A DNA stretch of 64,000 bases, taken from the NCBI GenBank assembly GCA_963746845.1, contig CAVVCZ010000004.1, forward strand, positions 672,001 to 736,000, in the 5' to 3' direction. Source of the stretch: an uncultured Chloroflexia bacterium (lineage in GTDB: Bacteria > Chloroflexota > Limnocylindria > Limnocylindrales > CSP1-4). Both the position numbers and the translations under genes were made by a program. Position 1 is the first letter of the stretch; every line of letters begins with the position of its first letter. Positions 19,903-30,348 of the stretch are shown here, one piece after another. The notes below the pieces were generated by a model. The model saw only the letters and a list, made by a program, of their open reading frames with translations. It was not told where the DNA came from and searched no databases.

Positions 19903-22288
19903 CGCTCGTCGACGATCGGACGGCGTCGTAGGTCAGCTCGCCGTCGGGGAACGTCACCGACCAGTGGACCCCGCCGGTCTTCAGGTCGTACACCCCGTGC
20001 CCCGTCAGCGGCAGGTCGGACACGAACTGGCACGCGTTGAACGTCAGGTTGTCCTTCGTCGCGAGGTCGGTCAGCGCGAACCAGCCGCCGTTCCGGCAGC
20101 CCACCCGCACCTCGTCCTGGCCGTTCCACAGCGTGACCTCGGGGTCCGCGAAGATCTCCGTCTCGGTGGCCCGCATCGCCTCGAGCGCGGACGCATACCC
20201 GGCACGGGTCGACGGTGTGAGCTCCAGGTAGCCGGCGACCACATCACCGCCGCACGAGATCGTGCGCGTCGCCGGGCGGCGACCCTCGAGGAGGAACCCG
20301 AGCACCGGTCCGTCGACGCACGGGTCCGCGCGACCGAAGGTCACGTGCGGCCCGCCGGTCGAGGTGATCAGGTAGCCATCCGTCAGGCGGTCCGCGATCC
20401 CCCGAGCCCCCTCGATCGGCGTGATCGGATCGTCCGTCGCGCCCAGGACGAAGACCGGGTAGGGCGTCGACGTGATCGGGGCGGGGCGGTCGCCGGTCGG
20501 CGGCTGGTACGGCCATGACAGGCACGGGTACTGGCTCTCGTACACCTCGGCGTTGCGCAGCCTCGTCACCCCGTTCTGCTGGGCGTACTCCTCGACCGCC
20601 TGCAGGTCGTGCGCGTCGGCGGTCGGCGAGATCCGGTAGTCCGCGCAGGTGATCGCGTAGTAGGCGAAGTCGGAGACGCCCGGGCCCTCACCCGAGCCGA
20701 GGATCGCCGTGAGGCGGGCGAGCGGGACGTTGTCCCCGTGCTCTGCGGCCGCGACGGCGCGCAGGACCAGCGAACGCCCGGCCGGCTCGTAGAGCAGCTG
20801 GCCGACGGCCGCCTCGATCGCTGCCGCGTCGACGTCGTGCGACCGGACAGTCCCATCGGGATCCGCGTACGAGACCTCCTTCGACGATCGGAAGATCTCG
20901 AGCGCGCGGTCGTACTCCTCGGCCGGGTCCGGCAGGTCCGCGCGGCAGGCCGGCTCCTGCCCGCAGGCGGTGAAGGTGTCGTCGAGCGTCCGGTCGAACC
21001 CTCGGGCGGCATCCGCCCAGAACCGGTTCGCCGAACGGGTCCGGTCGACGGCCCCGTCGAGGATCAGCGCGGACAGCCGATCCGGATGACGGGCGGCGTA
21101 CTCCTGGGCGAGCTCCGTCCCGTAGCTCTCGCCGTACAGCGCGAACCGCTCCAGCCCGAGGTGGTCCCGGATCGATTCGAGGTCCTCGGCCGCCTGGCGG
21201 GTCGAGTAGCGGGCGAGCTGGTCCGTCGCGACACCGGCCTCCGCGAGACAGTCCCGGACGAACTCGTCGGCGACCGCGGCCGCATCCGGATGCGTCGCGA
21301 AGTCGTAGCCGGCCCGCGGGCAGTCCCTGCCCTCTGACGCACCGACGCCACGCTGATCCCAGAACAGGAGGTCGTAGCCCGCGACGAGCTTCGGGTCGAA
21401 CTCGTCCAGCCGGGTCAGGGCCTCGCCCACGCCGCTGCCGCCGGGCCCGCCCACCGCAACCGCGAGCGTGCCCTTCGGCGTCCCGACGGCGTGGTGGACG
21501 GCATAGACCACCCAGATCGTCGCGGTCGAGCTGCCATCGTGATCCGCGGGGACGAGGAGGCCGTCGCAGGCAAGCGTGGCCTCCGGGCACGGGACGAACC
21601 ACGGGTCCGGCCGGCCCGACACGAGGAACAGCCCGGCCCCGAGCATCAGCAGGGGCGGCAGCAGCCGGACGACGGTCCGGCCGGGGGCGTCGACCAGCGG
21701 GATGAACACCCCGAGCGCGCGCGCCGCCGCGGCCTGGCGCCACCGTGCGCCGTCGATCGTCGCGCCGACCAGGATGAACGCGACGAGCCACAGACCGCCA
21801 TCGATCCCGAGGACGAGGCGCCACCAGCGCGACGCCCCGGCGTCCGTGGCCCCCGCGAGACCGACGGCGCCGGCGATCCCGACGAGGGATGCGATCGCGA
21901 CGACGACCAGCGTCGCGAGGGCGCCGCGGCGCCCGTCGGCGACCCGGACGTCCGCCCAGCCCACGCGCTCGGCCGGGACGCCGGCCGCATGCCACGGCAG
22001 CGCGAGTCGCGCGAGAAGGCTTCGCGCAGGAGGGCCGTCGACCACGCCGCGCCGTTGCAGCTCCCCGACGACCGGGATCGTGCCGCGGAGCCAGCGGGCG
22101 CCGAGGACGACACAGGCAGCCACGACGAGGATCAGCGCCACACGGAGGACGTCGAAGCCACCGCCCGTCGATTGGACCTCCTCGGTGGTCACGAGACGGC
22201 GGTCGATGCTGACGAGCAGCACGGACTGACGGATCGCGACGAGCCCGAGCACGAGGCTGGCGAACGCGGCAGCCCAGGTCAGGGTCAC
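19859..22288 (-). CDS. Membrane-anchored alpha/beta hydrolase (TAP/peptidase S33-like)
   Basis: GGPGGSG, WDQRGVG, GESYG nucleophile elbow, DPITP, GPH; several N-terminal TM segments. Frame stays open upstream to about 22447. Confidence 0.8.
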   Translation of the reverse strand: MTLTWAAAFASLVLGLVAIRQSVLLVSIDRRLVTTEEVQSTGGGFDVLRVALILVVAACVVLGARWLRGTIPVVGELQRRGVVDGPPARSLLARLALPWHAAGVPAERVGWADVRVADGRRGALATLVVVAIASLVGIAGAVGLAGATDAGASRWWRLVLGIDGGLWLVAFILVGATIDGARWRQAAAARALGVFIPLVDAPGRTVVRLLPPLLMLGAGLFLVSGRPDPWFVPCPEATLACDGLLVPADHDGSSTATIWVVYAVHHAVGTPKGTLAVAVGGPGGSGVGEALTRLDEFDPKLVAGYDLLFWDQRGVGASEGRDCPRAGYDFATHPDAAAVADEFVRDCLAEAGVATDQLARYSTRQAAEDLESIRDHLGLERFALYGESYGTELAQEYAARHPDRLSALILDGAVDRTRSANRFWADAARGFDRTLDDTFTACGQEPACRADLPDPAEEYDRALEIFRSSKEVSYADPDGTVRSHDVDAAAIEAAVGQLLYEPAGRSLVLRAVAAAEHGDNVPLARLTAILGSGEGPGVSDFAYYAITCADYRISPTADAHDLQAVEEYAQQNGVTRLRNAEVYESQYPCLSWPYQPPTGDRPAPITSTPYPVFVLGATDDPITPIEGARGIADRLTDGYLITSTGGPHVTFGRADPCVDGPVLGFLLEGRRPATRTISCGGDVVAGYLELTPSTRAGYASALEAMRATETEIFADPEVTLWNGQDEVRVGCRNGGWFALTDLATKDNLTFNACQFVSDLPLTGHGVYDLKTGGVHWSVTFPDGELTYDAVRSSTSVSGTWKGQAVEQSE

Positions 22289-22439
22289 GACGACGCGGCC
22301 CCGGCCGAGGTCGCGCCGGATCCGCGTTTCCAGCTCGGGGTCGACGGCGACGAACGGCTCGCCGGCGGGCGGCTGGACGGGGGCGAGCGGTTCGGTGGGT
22401 TCGGTGGGTTCGTCCCGCCCCGCGGGCGCGACCGTCGGG

Positions 22440-24527
22440 TCAGTGATGGGCGCCTGCCGCTTCGGTTTCCTTCCGATGGCTCTCGATCACCTTCTCGGCG
22501 AGGTGCTGCGGCACCTCCTCGTAGTGATCGAGGGTCGCCGTGAAGGTCCCCCGGCCCCGGGTCATCGAGCGGAGCTCGGTCGCGTACGAGAACAGCTCGG
22601 CCTGGGGAACATGCGCCTGGACGATCTGGATCCCGTCCGACGAGTCCATCCCGAGCACCCGCCCGCGACGGGTGTTGAGGTCGCGGTTCACGTCGCCCAT
22701 GTACTCCTCGGGGACGTGCACCTCGATCGCCATGATCGGCTCGAGCAGCGCCGGCCTGCAGTCCTGGACGCCCTTCTTCAGGGCCATCGACGCGGCGATC
22801 TTGAACGACAGCTCGTTGGAGTCGACCGTGTGGAACGAGCCGTCGTACAGGGTCGCCCGGAAGTCCGAGAGCGGGTAGCCGGCGATGACGCCCTCCGCGG
22901 CGGTCTCGCGGATGCCCTTCTCGATGCCCGGGAAGAAGCCCTTCGGGACGGACCCCCCGACGACCTTCTCGGCGAACTCGACGCCGCCGCCCGGGTTGGG
23001 CTCGATCTCCAGCCAGACGTGACCGAACATCCCGTGTCCGCCGGTCTGCTTCTTGTACTTGCCCTCGACCTTGGTCGTGCCCCGGATCGTCTCGCGATAG
23101 GGGACCTTCGGCTGGCGCGTGAGGATCGCGGCGCCGAACTTGCGCTTCAGCCGCTCCCCGATGACCGCGATGTGGGCATCGCCCATCGCGACGAGGAGCT
23201 GCTCGCCGGTCGTCGACCGTTCGACGCGCGCCGTCGGCTCCTCCTCGAGCATCCGCTGGAGGGCCGCGCCCATCTTGTCGAGGTCGGCCTTCGTCTGGGG
23301 CTCGATCGCCACGAACAGCGACGGCTCGGGGAAGTCGATCGGGGGCAGGATCACCGGCTTCTCGCGGCTGGACAGCGTGTCGCCGGTCTCGGTGGCGGCG
23401 AGCTTGGCGACCGCCCCGATCTCGCCGGCCTGGAGCTCGCCGATCGGCTCCTGGTCCTTGCCGTGCAGGAGCAGCAGCTGGCCGATCCGCTCGTCCTCGT
23501 CACGTCCGGCGTTCCAGGCGTGGCCCTGGCTGCGGAGCGTGCCGCTGAGGATCCGGAGATACGTCAGCCGGCCGACGAACGGGTCCGCGGCCGTCTTGAT
23601 GGCCCGCGCGACGAGCGGGCCGTTCGGGTCCGGCGTGATCGTGACCGGGTTGCCCTTCGGGTCCTTCGCCTCGACGGCGGGCTCCTCGGCCGCGGTCGGG
23701 AGGTAGCGGATGAACGCGTCGAGCAGGGCGTTCATCCCGATGCCCTTCGTCGCGCTGCCGACGAGGACCGGCGCCAGGATCGAGTCGCGGACGCCCCGAT
23801 GGAGACACGTGTCCAGCTCGGCGTCGCTGATCTCCTCGCCGTCGAGGTACTTGGCCATGACATCGTCGTCGGCCTCGGCGGCCGCCTCGAGGAGCTGGTC
23901 GCGGCGAGTCGCGATCTCGTCGGCCATGTCGGCCGGGACCGGGACCTCGACCTCCTTGCCGCCCTCCAGCGCGTACGCCTTGCGGTGGACGAGGTCCACG
24001 TAGCCGTTGAAGTGCTCGCCCTTGCCGATGGCCAGATGGAGCGGCGCGATCTTGTTCCCGAACCGGGCCCGGAGCGCGTCGAGCGCCGCGATCGGGTCGG
24101 CGTTCTCGCGGTCGCAGCGGTTCAGGAAGAAGCACGCGGCACGACCGGTGGACCGGCCGAGCGCGACGGCGTTCTCCAGCCCGGCCTCGACCCCGGCCGA
24201 GGCATCCATGACGAACAGCGCGCCATCCGATGCCGCGAACCCGGAGATCACCTCGGCCACGAAGTCCGGGTAGCCGGGCGTGTCGATGAGTGTGATCCGG
24301 GTCGCCTCGTGCTCGAAGGTCGCGACCGCGAGGCTCAGCGACTCCTTGCGCTTCTGCTCCTCGGGCTCATGGTCGAGGTGGGCCGTGCCGTCATCGACAC
24401 GACCGAGGCGCTGGACGGCGCCGGCACGAAAGAGGAGCTGCTCTGCGAGCGTCGTCTTGCCGCCGCCGGCGTGACCGGCCAGAACGACGCTCCGGAGGTG
24501 GGCGGGGTCGACGCTCTTCATCGTCAT
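22440..24527 (-). CDS. Elongation factor G paralogue (EF-G2-like)
   Basis: GHAGGGKTT, DTPG, YRETI, KKQTGGHG, DGSFH.VDS.E..F, LLEPI; divergent G2 (KESLS) and G4 (NRCD); outside the str operon. Confidence 0.92.
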   Translation of the reverse strand: MTMKSVDPAHLRSVVLAGHAGGGKTTLAEQLLFRAGAVQRLGRVDDGTAHLDHEPEEQKRKESLSLAVATFEHEATRITLIDTPGYPDFVAEVISGFAASDGALFVMDASAGVEAGLENAVALGRSTGRAACFFLNRCDRENADPIAALDALRARFGNKIAPLHLAIGKGEHFNGYVDLVHRKAYALEGGKEVEVPVPADMADEIATRRDQLLEAAAEADDDVMAKYLDGEEISDAELDTCLHRGVRDSILAPVLVGSATKGIGMNALLDAFIRYLPTAAEEPAVEAKDPKGNPVTITPDPNGPLVARAIKTAADPFVGRLTYLRILSGTLRSQGHAWNAGRDEDERIGQLLLLHGKDQEPIGELQAGEIGAVAKLAATETGDTLSSREKPVILPPIDFPEPSLFVAIEPQTKADLDKMGAALQRMLEEEPTARVERSTTGEQLLVAMGDAHIAVIGERLKRKFGAAILTRQPKVPYRETIRGTTKVEGKYKKQTGGHGMFGHVWLEIEPNPGGGVEFAEKVVGGSVPKGFFPGIEKGIRETAAEGVIAGYPLSDFRATLYDGSFHTVDSNELSFKIAASMALKKGVQDCRPALLEPIMAIEVHVPEEYMGDVNRDLNTRRGRVLGMDSSDGIQIVQAHVPQAELFSYATELRSMTRGRGTFTATLDHYEEVPQHLAEKVIESHRKETEAAGAHH

Positions 24528-24666
24528 CGGCGGAGTGGACCTCACGGCTTCGTGAACGACGGGGCGGTGGGCTCGGACCGGGGCCGTCGAGGCCGCTGGG
24601 CGCAGGCCTCCGGACCCCTCCGAGCGAGGGTCCGGCCATGATACGTCGGCTATACTCCGGCCCGCG

Positions 24667-25422
24667 ATGTCCGGTCATTCCAAGTGGTCCACGATCAAGC
24701 GCCAGAAGGGCGCAAACGACGCCAAACGGGGCGCGCTCTTCACGAAGGTCGCCCGCGAGATCAGCGTCGCCGCCCGCCAGGGCGGAGGGGACCCCGACGC
24801 GAACTACCGGCTCCGCCTCGCCATCGAGAAGGCCCGCTCGGTCAACATGCCGGCCGACAACATCAAGCGGACGATCGAGAAGGCGACCGGCGGCGGGGAC
24901 GCGGAGCAGTTCGAGGAGATCGTCTACGAGGGCTACGGCCCGGGCGGGGTGGCGGTCCTCGTCGAGGCGGCGACGGACAACCGCAACCGCACGGCGGCCG
25001 AGGTCCGCTCGATCTTCACGAAGACCGGCGGCCAGCTCGCGGGGTCGGGCGCCGTCGCCTGGCAGTTCGAGCCGCGCGGCCTGATCACGATCCAGCGGGA
25101 CGCCGCGGTCGACGCCGACGAGGTCGCACTGACCGCGATCGACGCGGGCGCCGAGGACGTCGACACGGACGCGGACGAGGCGATCGAGATCTACACCGAG
25201 CCGGGCTCGCTCGAGAGCGTCCGCAAGGCGCTGGAGGGGGCCGGCGTCCCGGTCGAGTCCGCCGAGAGCGCGATGATCGCCAAACAGACCGTCGAGCTGG
25301 ACTCCGCCAAGGCGCGCCAGGCGCTCCGCCTCGTCGAGCTCCTCGAGGACCTCGAGGACGTCCAGCGCGTGACCGCCAACTTCGACATCCCGGAGGATGT
25401 CTTCGCCGAGGTCGCCGGGTGA
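24667..25422 (+). CDS. yebC: YebC/PmpR family protein
   Basis: MSGHSKWSTIKRQK, YEGYGPGG, TDNRNRT. Confidence 0.97.
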   Translation: MSGHSKWSTIKRQKGANDAKRGALFTKVAREISVAARQGGGDPDANYRLRLAIEKARSVNMPADNIKRTIEKATGGGDAEQFEEIVYEGYGPGGVAVLVEAATDNRNRTAAEVRSIFTKTGGQLAGSGAVAWQFEPRGLITIQRDAAVDADEVALTAIDAGAEDVDTDADEAIEIYTEPGSLESVRKALEGAGVPVESAESAMIAKQTVELDSAKARQALRLVELLEDLEDVQRVTANFDIPEDVFAEVAG

Positions 25423-25462
25423 GATCGGCCGCCCCGTTCGCCGGGCGGGGGGCCACTGTCGG

Positions 25463-26083
25463 ATGATCGTCCTCGGCATCGATCCGGGGACCGCCGCGCT
25501 CGGTTGGGGGGTCGTCGAGATGACCGCGGGCCGGCTCCGCGAGGTCGACCACGGCTGCGTCGTCACGACGCCGGATGTGCCGCTCGGCGAGCGGCTCCTC
25601 GCGATCCACGAGGCCCTCCGCGAGCTGATCGACCTGCACGAGCCCGCGGTCGTCGCCGTCGAGCGGCTGTACTTCTCGCGCAACGCCCAGACTGCGATGG
25701 CGGTCGGCCACGCCCGGGGCGTCGTGCTGCTCGCGGCCGCGGAGGCCGGACGGCCCGTCCGCGAGGCGACCCCGAGCGAGGTCAAGAGCGCGGTTGCCGG
25801 CTACGGGGCGGCGGACAAGGAGCAGGTCTCGCGGATGGTCCAGCTGGTCCTGGGCATGTCGGCGCGGCCGACGCCCGATGACGCCGCCGACGCGCTCGCG
25901 ATCGCGGTGTGCATCGCGAACGGTGTCGGCCAGGTGGGTCGGTCGTCGCGTCCGGGTGGGGCGGCGGTCATGGATCGCGGGGCCGCGGCGGCCATCGATC
26001 GCGGGGCGTCGCCGTACGAGCGGGCGGTCCGCGAGGCCATCGCCCGCGAGAAGCGCGCCGCGCGCGAGGCCCCGACCGGGTGA
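25463..26083 (+). CDS. ruvC: Holliday junction resolvase RuvC
   Basis: MIVLGIDPG, AVE..F..N, ARGV, KEQV, DDAADALAIA. Confidence 0.96.
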   Translation: MIVLGIDPGTAALGWGVVEMTAGRLREVDHGCVVTTPDVPLGERLLAIHEALRELIDLHEPAVVAVERLYFSRNAQTAMAVGHARGVVLLAAAEAGRPVREATPSEVKSAVAGYGAADKEQVSRMVQLVLGMSARPTPDDAADALAIAVCIANGVGQVGRSSRPGGAAVMDRGAAAAIDRGASPYERAVREAIAREKRAAREAPTG

Positions 26084-26676
26084 TCGCGTCCGTCGAGGGC
26101 CGCGTCGGGGCGGTCGCGTTCGACTCGCTCGTGATCGAGGTCGGCGGCATCGGCTATCGCGTGTTCGCCGCGCCGGCGATCCTCTCGACCGCCCAGCCCG
26201 GCTCGACGATCAAGCTCCACACCTACCACCTCGTCCGGGAGGACCAGCAGGCGCTGTTCGGGTTCCGGACGCCGGAGGACCTCGGGTTCTTCACCCAGCT
26301 GCTGACGGTCACGGGCGTCGGTCCGAAGGTCGCGCTGGCGATCGTGGGCTCGCGCCCGACCGCGGACCTCCAGCTCGCGATCATGACCCAGGACCAGGCC
26401 GTGCTCGTGTCGATCCCGGGGATCGGCAAGAAGTTGGCCGACCGGATCATCTTCGAGCTGAAGGAGAAGGTCACCGCGGCCGGCGTCGCGGCGGCCGTGC
26501 CGGGCGCGGTGGGCGTGGGGGCCGCGGAGAGCGAGGTCGTCGCGGCGCTGCAGGCGCTCGGCTACTCGTTGGCGGAGGCCCGCGAGGCGTCGCGGATCGC
26601 GCTGGCCGACCCGACGATCGGCGGGACGCTCGAGGACCGCGTCAAGGCGGCGCTCCGGAGCCTGCTCCGCGACTGA
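26080..26676 (+). CDS. ruvA: Holliday junction branch migration protein RuvA
   Basis: GGIGY, VRED..LFGF, VTGVGPK, IPGIGKK.A.RI..ELK, AL.ALGY; GTG overlaps ruvC stop. Confidence 0.96.
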   Translation: MIASVEGRVGAVAFDSLVIEVGGIGYRVFAAPAILSTAQPGSTIKLHTYHLVREDQQALFGFRTPEDLGFFTQLLTVTGVGPKVALAIVGSRPTADLQLAIMTQDQAVLVSIPGIGKKLADRIIFELKEKVTAAGVAAAVPGAVGVGAAESEVVAALQALGYSLAEAREASRIALADPTIGGTLEDRVKAALRSLLRD

Positions 26677-26686
26677 GCCGCGAGCC

Positions 26687-28291
26687 TCAGCCAGCTGATG
26701 CCGCGCCGATCCGTCGCTGCTTGATCCGGGTCGCATCGCCCGCGAACGGCCCGGCCCCGACGGCGTAGGTCGACACGATCGGGAGCATTGCGCCGGGAAA
26801 CTCGCCCACCGAGGAACGGTAGTCGGTGTTCAGCGCCTGGAGCCCGTCGCGAAGCCGTTCACCGGCCGCAACACGCCACGCGTCGTCGACGCCGTCCAGG
26901 TTCGTGAGCTCGACCGCCACCGACGGACGCGGCGTGCCGGTATCGTCATCGACCACCGACAGCATGAACGAGTGGAGCCGTGGCGCGATGTGCGGGTCAC
27001 GGTAGATCACCGACTCGATGTCCTCGGGGTAGATGTTCGAACCCATGACGCTGATCGTCGCGTCGCGCCGGCCGTGGATCCACAGGAACGGCAGCGGGAT
27101 CGGGCGGGCCCAGGGCAGCGGTCCGCGCGGCCCATGGGTCTCCTTCGCCGCGTTCAGGGTGTCGATGTCGAACCCGAACGATCGGAGGACCCGCGCCACG
27201 GTCGCGAAGTCGACGATCCCGCCGGAGTCGTGGACGTTGTAGCGGATGCGCGGCGCGAGCAGATCGAGACGGGAGACCGTGCAGATCACCTCGCCAAGGT
27301 CATTGACCTCGAGGAAATGAATCAGCGGGTTGTACTGGAAGACCATCGGCAGCCTCGAGTCCGACCCGAAGAGGGCCCGTCCGATGTCGGGCCGAGCCCG
27401 CGCCAGGCGCCGGACGGCGATCGATACCGGCGACTCGCCCGCCATGCCGATCTCGATGTCGGTCGCCCCGTAGCCCGAGTAGACCGACTCGAACCGGCCG
27501 AGCAGGACGTCACGGAGCTCCTCGGTCATGCCCTCCCCGCCGACGAGGGCATGGATCCGGTAGTCCGCCCACGGGAAGCCGCGTCGCTCGCCCTCGTCGA
27601 TGAGATGTTTCAGGAACGGCGGGTAACCGGAGATCAGGAAGCGGTAGGTCGGTCCGAGGTAGGACAGCGTCGAGAGGATCTTGTCGAGGTCCGGGCCGAC
27701 GGACTTGACGATGCCGTGCCGCATCATGCCCATGCTCATGTTCATGCCCGCCGCCCAGGCGCCCATCGAGAACGCGTTGATCGTGACCAGCGGCGTCGTG
27801 CCGAACGCGTACCGGGCGAAGAACCCGATGTTCCGATGGGCCACCTCGCGCTCCCGCCGGCCTCGGATCCAGTTGTAGGGCGTGCCCGTCGAGCCGCTCG
27901 ACTCGTCGATCGTCGTCCCGGGGTAGGGGACCGCGCCGCCGACGCACCTCTCGAGCAGGCCGTAGCGGTCGACGTACGACGCCTTGTCGGTCTCGGGCAG
28001 GTGGCGAAGGATCCCGAGCGGGAACAGCGACGCGACGTCGACTCCGGCTTCGTCGAGGAACCGGCCGTACGCGGGGACGCGCCGACTCGCTCGCCAGGCC
28101 GCCCGCTCAGCGCGCAGCTGGCCGATCGCCCGCATCAGCGGCGGCGGCGTCGCAACGAACAGGGCCTTGAGCCAGCCATAGCGGAGGCCGACGGTCCGGA
28201 ACATCGTGTCGAGCGGGAACAGCCACAGGCCTCTCCCGAACCCGACGAAGGCCGCGAACCCGTCGCGGGCGGCCTGGGCAACGGCGCTCAT
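26687..28291 (-). CDS. Phenylacetate-CoA ligase (PaaK)-like adenylate-forming enzyme
   Basis: ESSGSTGTP P-loop, GGE, YGATD, RYNVHD, GRRD, NIYPE. Confidence 0.78.
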   Translation of the reverse strand: MSAVAQAARDGFAAFVGFGRGLWLFPLDTMFRTVGLRYGWLKALFVATPPPLMRAIGQLRAERAAWRASRRVPAYGRFLDEAGVDVASLFPLGILRHLPETDKASYVDRYGLLERCVGGAVPYPGTTIDESSGSTGTPYNWIRGRREREVAHRNIGFFARYAFGTTPLVTINAFSMGAWAAGMNMSMGMMRHGIVKSVGPDLDKILSTLSYLGPTYRFLISGYPPFLKHLIDEGERRGFPWADYRIHALVGGEGMTEELRDVLLGRFESVYSGYGATDIEIGMAGESPVSIAVRRLARARPDIGRALFGSDSRLPMVFQYNPLIHFLEVNDLGEVICTVSRLDLLAPRIRYNVHDSGGIVDFATVARVLRSFGFDIDTLNAAKETHGPRGPLPWARPIPLPFLWIHGRRDATISVMGSNIYPEDIESVIYRDPHIAPRLHSFMLSVVDDDTGTPRPSVAVELTNLDGVDDAWRVAAGERLRDGLQALNTDYRSSVGEFPGAMLPIVSTYAVGAGPFAGDATRIKQRRIGAASAG

Positions 28292-28409
28292 CGGTTGGCT
28301 CGCCCCTCTCGTGATCGCCACCGCGGGCCTCGGCGAGGCCCGCGTCGACAGTAGGACGCGTTCGTCGCGCGCTCGTTGCGCCGTCGCCGGCGCGCCGGCG
28401 GGCGCCCTC

Positions 28410-28886
28410 TCAGGGGCGCAGTCCCGCGAGCGCGTCCGCGTGGACGCCCCGTGGGTCGATCTCCGCGCGACCGTGACGGGCGGCCAGCTGGGCCAGCGTC
28501 TCGTGGTCGAGGATCTCGAGCATCGCGTCGCGGACGTCCAGCATCACGTCGCGGAGCGCGCACGCGGCCTCGTCCGGGCACGAGCAGCGTTCGTAGAACC
28601 GGAGGCTGACGCAGGACAGGGGGGCGAGCGCGCCGTCGAGCATCCGGATGACCCGTCCGACGCTCACGGTGGCCGGGTCGATCGCGAGCTCGTAGCCGCC
28701 GCGCGCCCCGAGGGTCGTCCGGACAATGCCGCCCCGCTTGAGGGTCGACATGATCTGCTCGAGGAACTTCGGCGGGAGGTTGTTCCGCCCCGCCAGGGTC
28801 GCCAGCGCGAGGGGCTCCGAACGATCGTGGCGGACGAGATCCACGAGGGCACGGATGCCGTACTCGGAGCGGCGCGAGAGGCGCAT
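28410..28886 (-). CDS. Rrf2 family transcriptional regulator
   Basis: [26 protein letters not shown]; C-terminal CVS...CSC.DE..C Cys cluster. Confidence 0.9.
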   Translation of the reverse strand: MRLSRRSEYGIRALVDLVRHDRSEPLALATLAGRNNLPPKFLEQIMSTLKRGGIVRTTLGARGGYELAIDPATVSVGRVIRMLDGALAPLSCVSLRFYERCSCPDEAACALRDVMLDVRDAMLEILDHETLAQLAARHGRAEIDPRGVHADALAGLRP

Positions 28887-28971
28887 CACGGTCATTCTGG
28901 ACCGAAGTCCTACCGTTCGAGTGGGGATTCCGCACGGTCCGCGTGCCATCGTCCGGCGCGGGCCGCAAGAC

Positions 28972-28985
28972 CGAACATCCGTGCG
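28972..28985. promoter_or_regulatory. LexA (Cheo-type) box upstream of ruvB
   Basis: CGAAC-ATCC-GTGCG, one mismatch from CGAAC-N4-GTTCG; overlaps the -35 region of a promoter with extended -10 TGGTACGCT (29002-29010). Confidence 0.55.
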
Positions 28986-29017
28986 AAACACGCCCGTGGC
29001 GTGGTACGCTCCGGACG

Positions 29018-30115
29018 ATGGACGACGACCTCTCGCGGATCCTCGCCCCGGACCTGGTCGACGACACGGATCGCGTCGTCGAAGGTGCCCTCCGGCCGCG
29101 GACGCTGGACGAATACATCGGCCAGCGCGAGGTCAAGGCGAACCTGTCGGTCCTCCTCTCGGCCGCGAAGGGCAGGGGAGAGGCCGCGGATCACGTCCTC
29201 CTGTACGGCCCGCCCGGCCTCGGCAAGACGACCCTCGCGACGATCATCGCTCGCGAGCTCGGCGTGAATGTCCGGTACACGAGCGGACCTGCCGTCGAGC
29301 GGGCCGGCGACCTCGCGGCGATCCTCACGGCGCTCGACGAGCGCGACGTCCTCTTCATCGACGAGATCCACCGCCTGAACCGCGCGGTCGAGGAGATCCT
29401 CTACCCGGCGATGGAGGACTTCGCCCTGGACGTGATGATCGGGAAGGGCCCGAGCGCGCGGAGCCTTCGCCTCAGCCTGAAGCCGTTCACCGTGGTGGGC
29501 GCGACGACGCGCGCCGGCCGGATCTCCTCGCCGCTGCGCGATCGCTTCGGCGCGACCTATCGCCTCGACTTCTACGAGGAGGACGACCTAGCGGCGATCG
29601 TCGATCGCTCGGCGCGGATCCTCGAGGTCCCGATCGACGACGGTGCGGAGCGCGCGATCGCCCGCCGCGGCCGGGGCACGCCGCGGATCGTGAACCGGCT
29701 GCTCAAGCGGACCCGCGACCACGCCGAGGTCCACGGCGACGGCCGGGTCGACGAGGCGACCGCGACCGCGGCGATGCGCCAGATGGAGATCGACGACGAG
29801 GGTCTCGACTCGACGGACCGCAAGCTCCTGGCCGCGATCATCCAGAAGTTCGCCTCGGGTCCCGTCGGCGTCCAGGCGCTGGCCGCGGTCCTGTCCGAGG
29901 AAGTGGAGACGATCGAGGACGTGTACGAGCCGTTCCTGCTCCGTCTCGGGTTCCTGGATCGGACGCCGCAGGGCCGGATCGCGACCGAGGCCGCCCGGGC
30001 GCACCTCGCCCGGCTCGGCTACGAGATCCCGCCGCCGCGTCGCGGCGACGCCGACATGCCGAGCCTGTGGGACGCGCCAGGCGAGCCCGGACCCGAGGAT
30101 CCGACCGCCGAGTGA
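29018..30115 (+). CDS. ruvB: Holliday junction branch migration helicase RuvB
   Basis: [45 protein letters not shown]. Confidence 0.97.
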   Translation: MDDDLSRILAPDLVDDTDRVVEGALRPRTLDEYIGQREVKANLSVLLSAAKGRGEAADHVLLYGPPGLGKTTLATIIARELGVNVRYTSGPAVERAGDLAAILTALDERDVLFIDEIHRLNRAVEEILYPAMEDFALDVMIGKGPSARSLRLSLKPFTVVGATTRAGRISSPLRDRFGATYRLDFYEEDDLAAIVDRSARILEVPIDDGAERAIARRGRGTPRIVNRLLKRTRDHAEVHGDGRVDEATATAAMRQMEIDDEGLDSTDRKLLAAIIQKFASGPVGVQALAAVLSEEVETIEDVYEPFLLRLGFLDRTPQGRIATEAARAHLARLGYEIPPPRRGDADMPSLWDAPGEPGPEDPTAE

Positions 30116-30348
30116 ATGTCAGCGGCATGCAGGGCCTCGGCTGGGCCCTGGTCGTGCTCGGCGCGGTGATCCTGGCGACCGGGCTCGTCATCGTGTTCGG
30201 CCCGCGGATCCCGTGGCTCGGCCACCTGCCCGGCGACATCGTCATCCAGCGCGAGAACGTGACGATCTACATCCCGCTCGGGACGATGATCGTCGTCTCG
30301 GTCGTGGTGTCGATCGTCATCGCGATCATCGGACGCCGGGGATCGTGA
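30112..30348 (+). CDS. DUF2905 family small membrane protein
   Basis: [21 protein letters not shown] signature; usual position after ruvB. Confidence 0.85.
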   Translation: MNVSGMQGLGWALVVLGAVILATGLVIVFGPRIPWLGHLPGDIVIQRENVTIYIPLGTMIVVSVVVSIVIAIIGRRGS

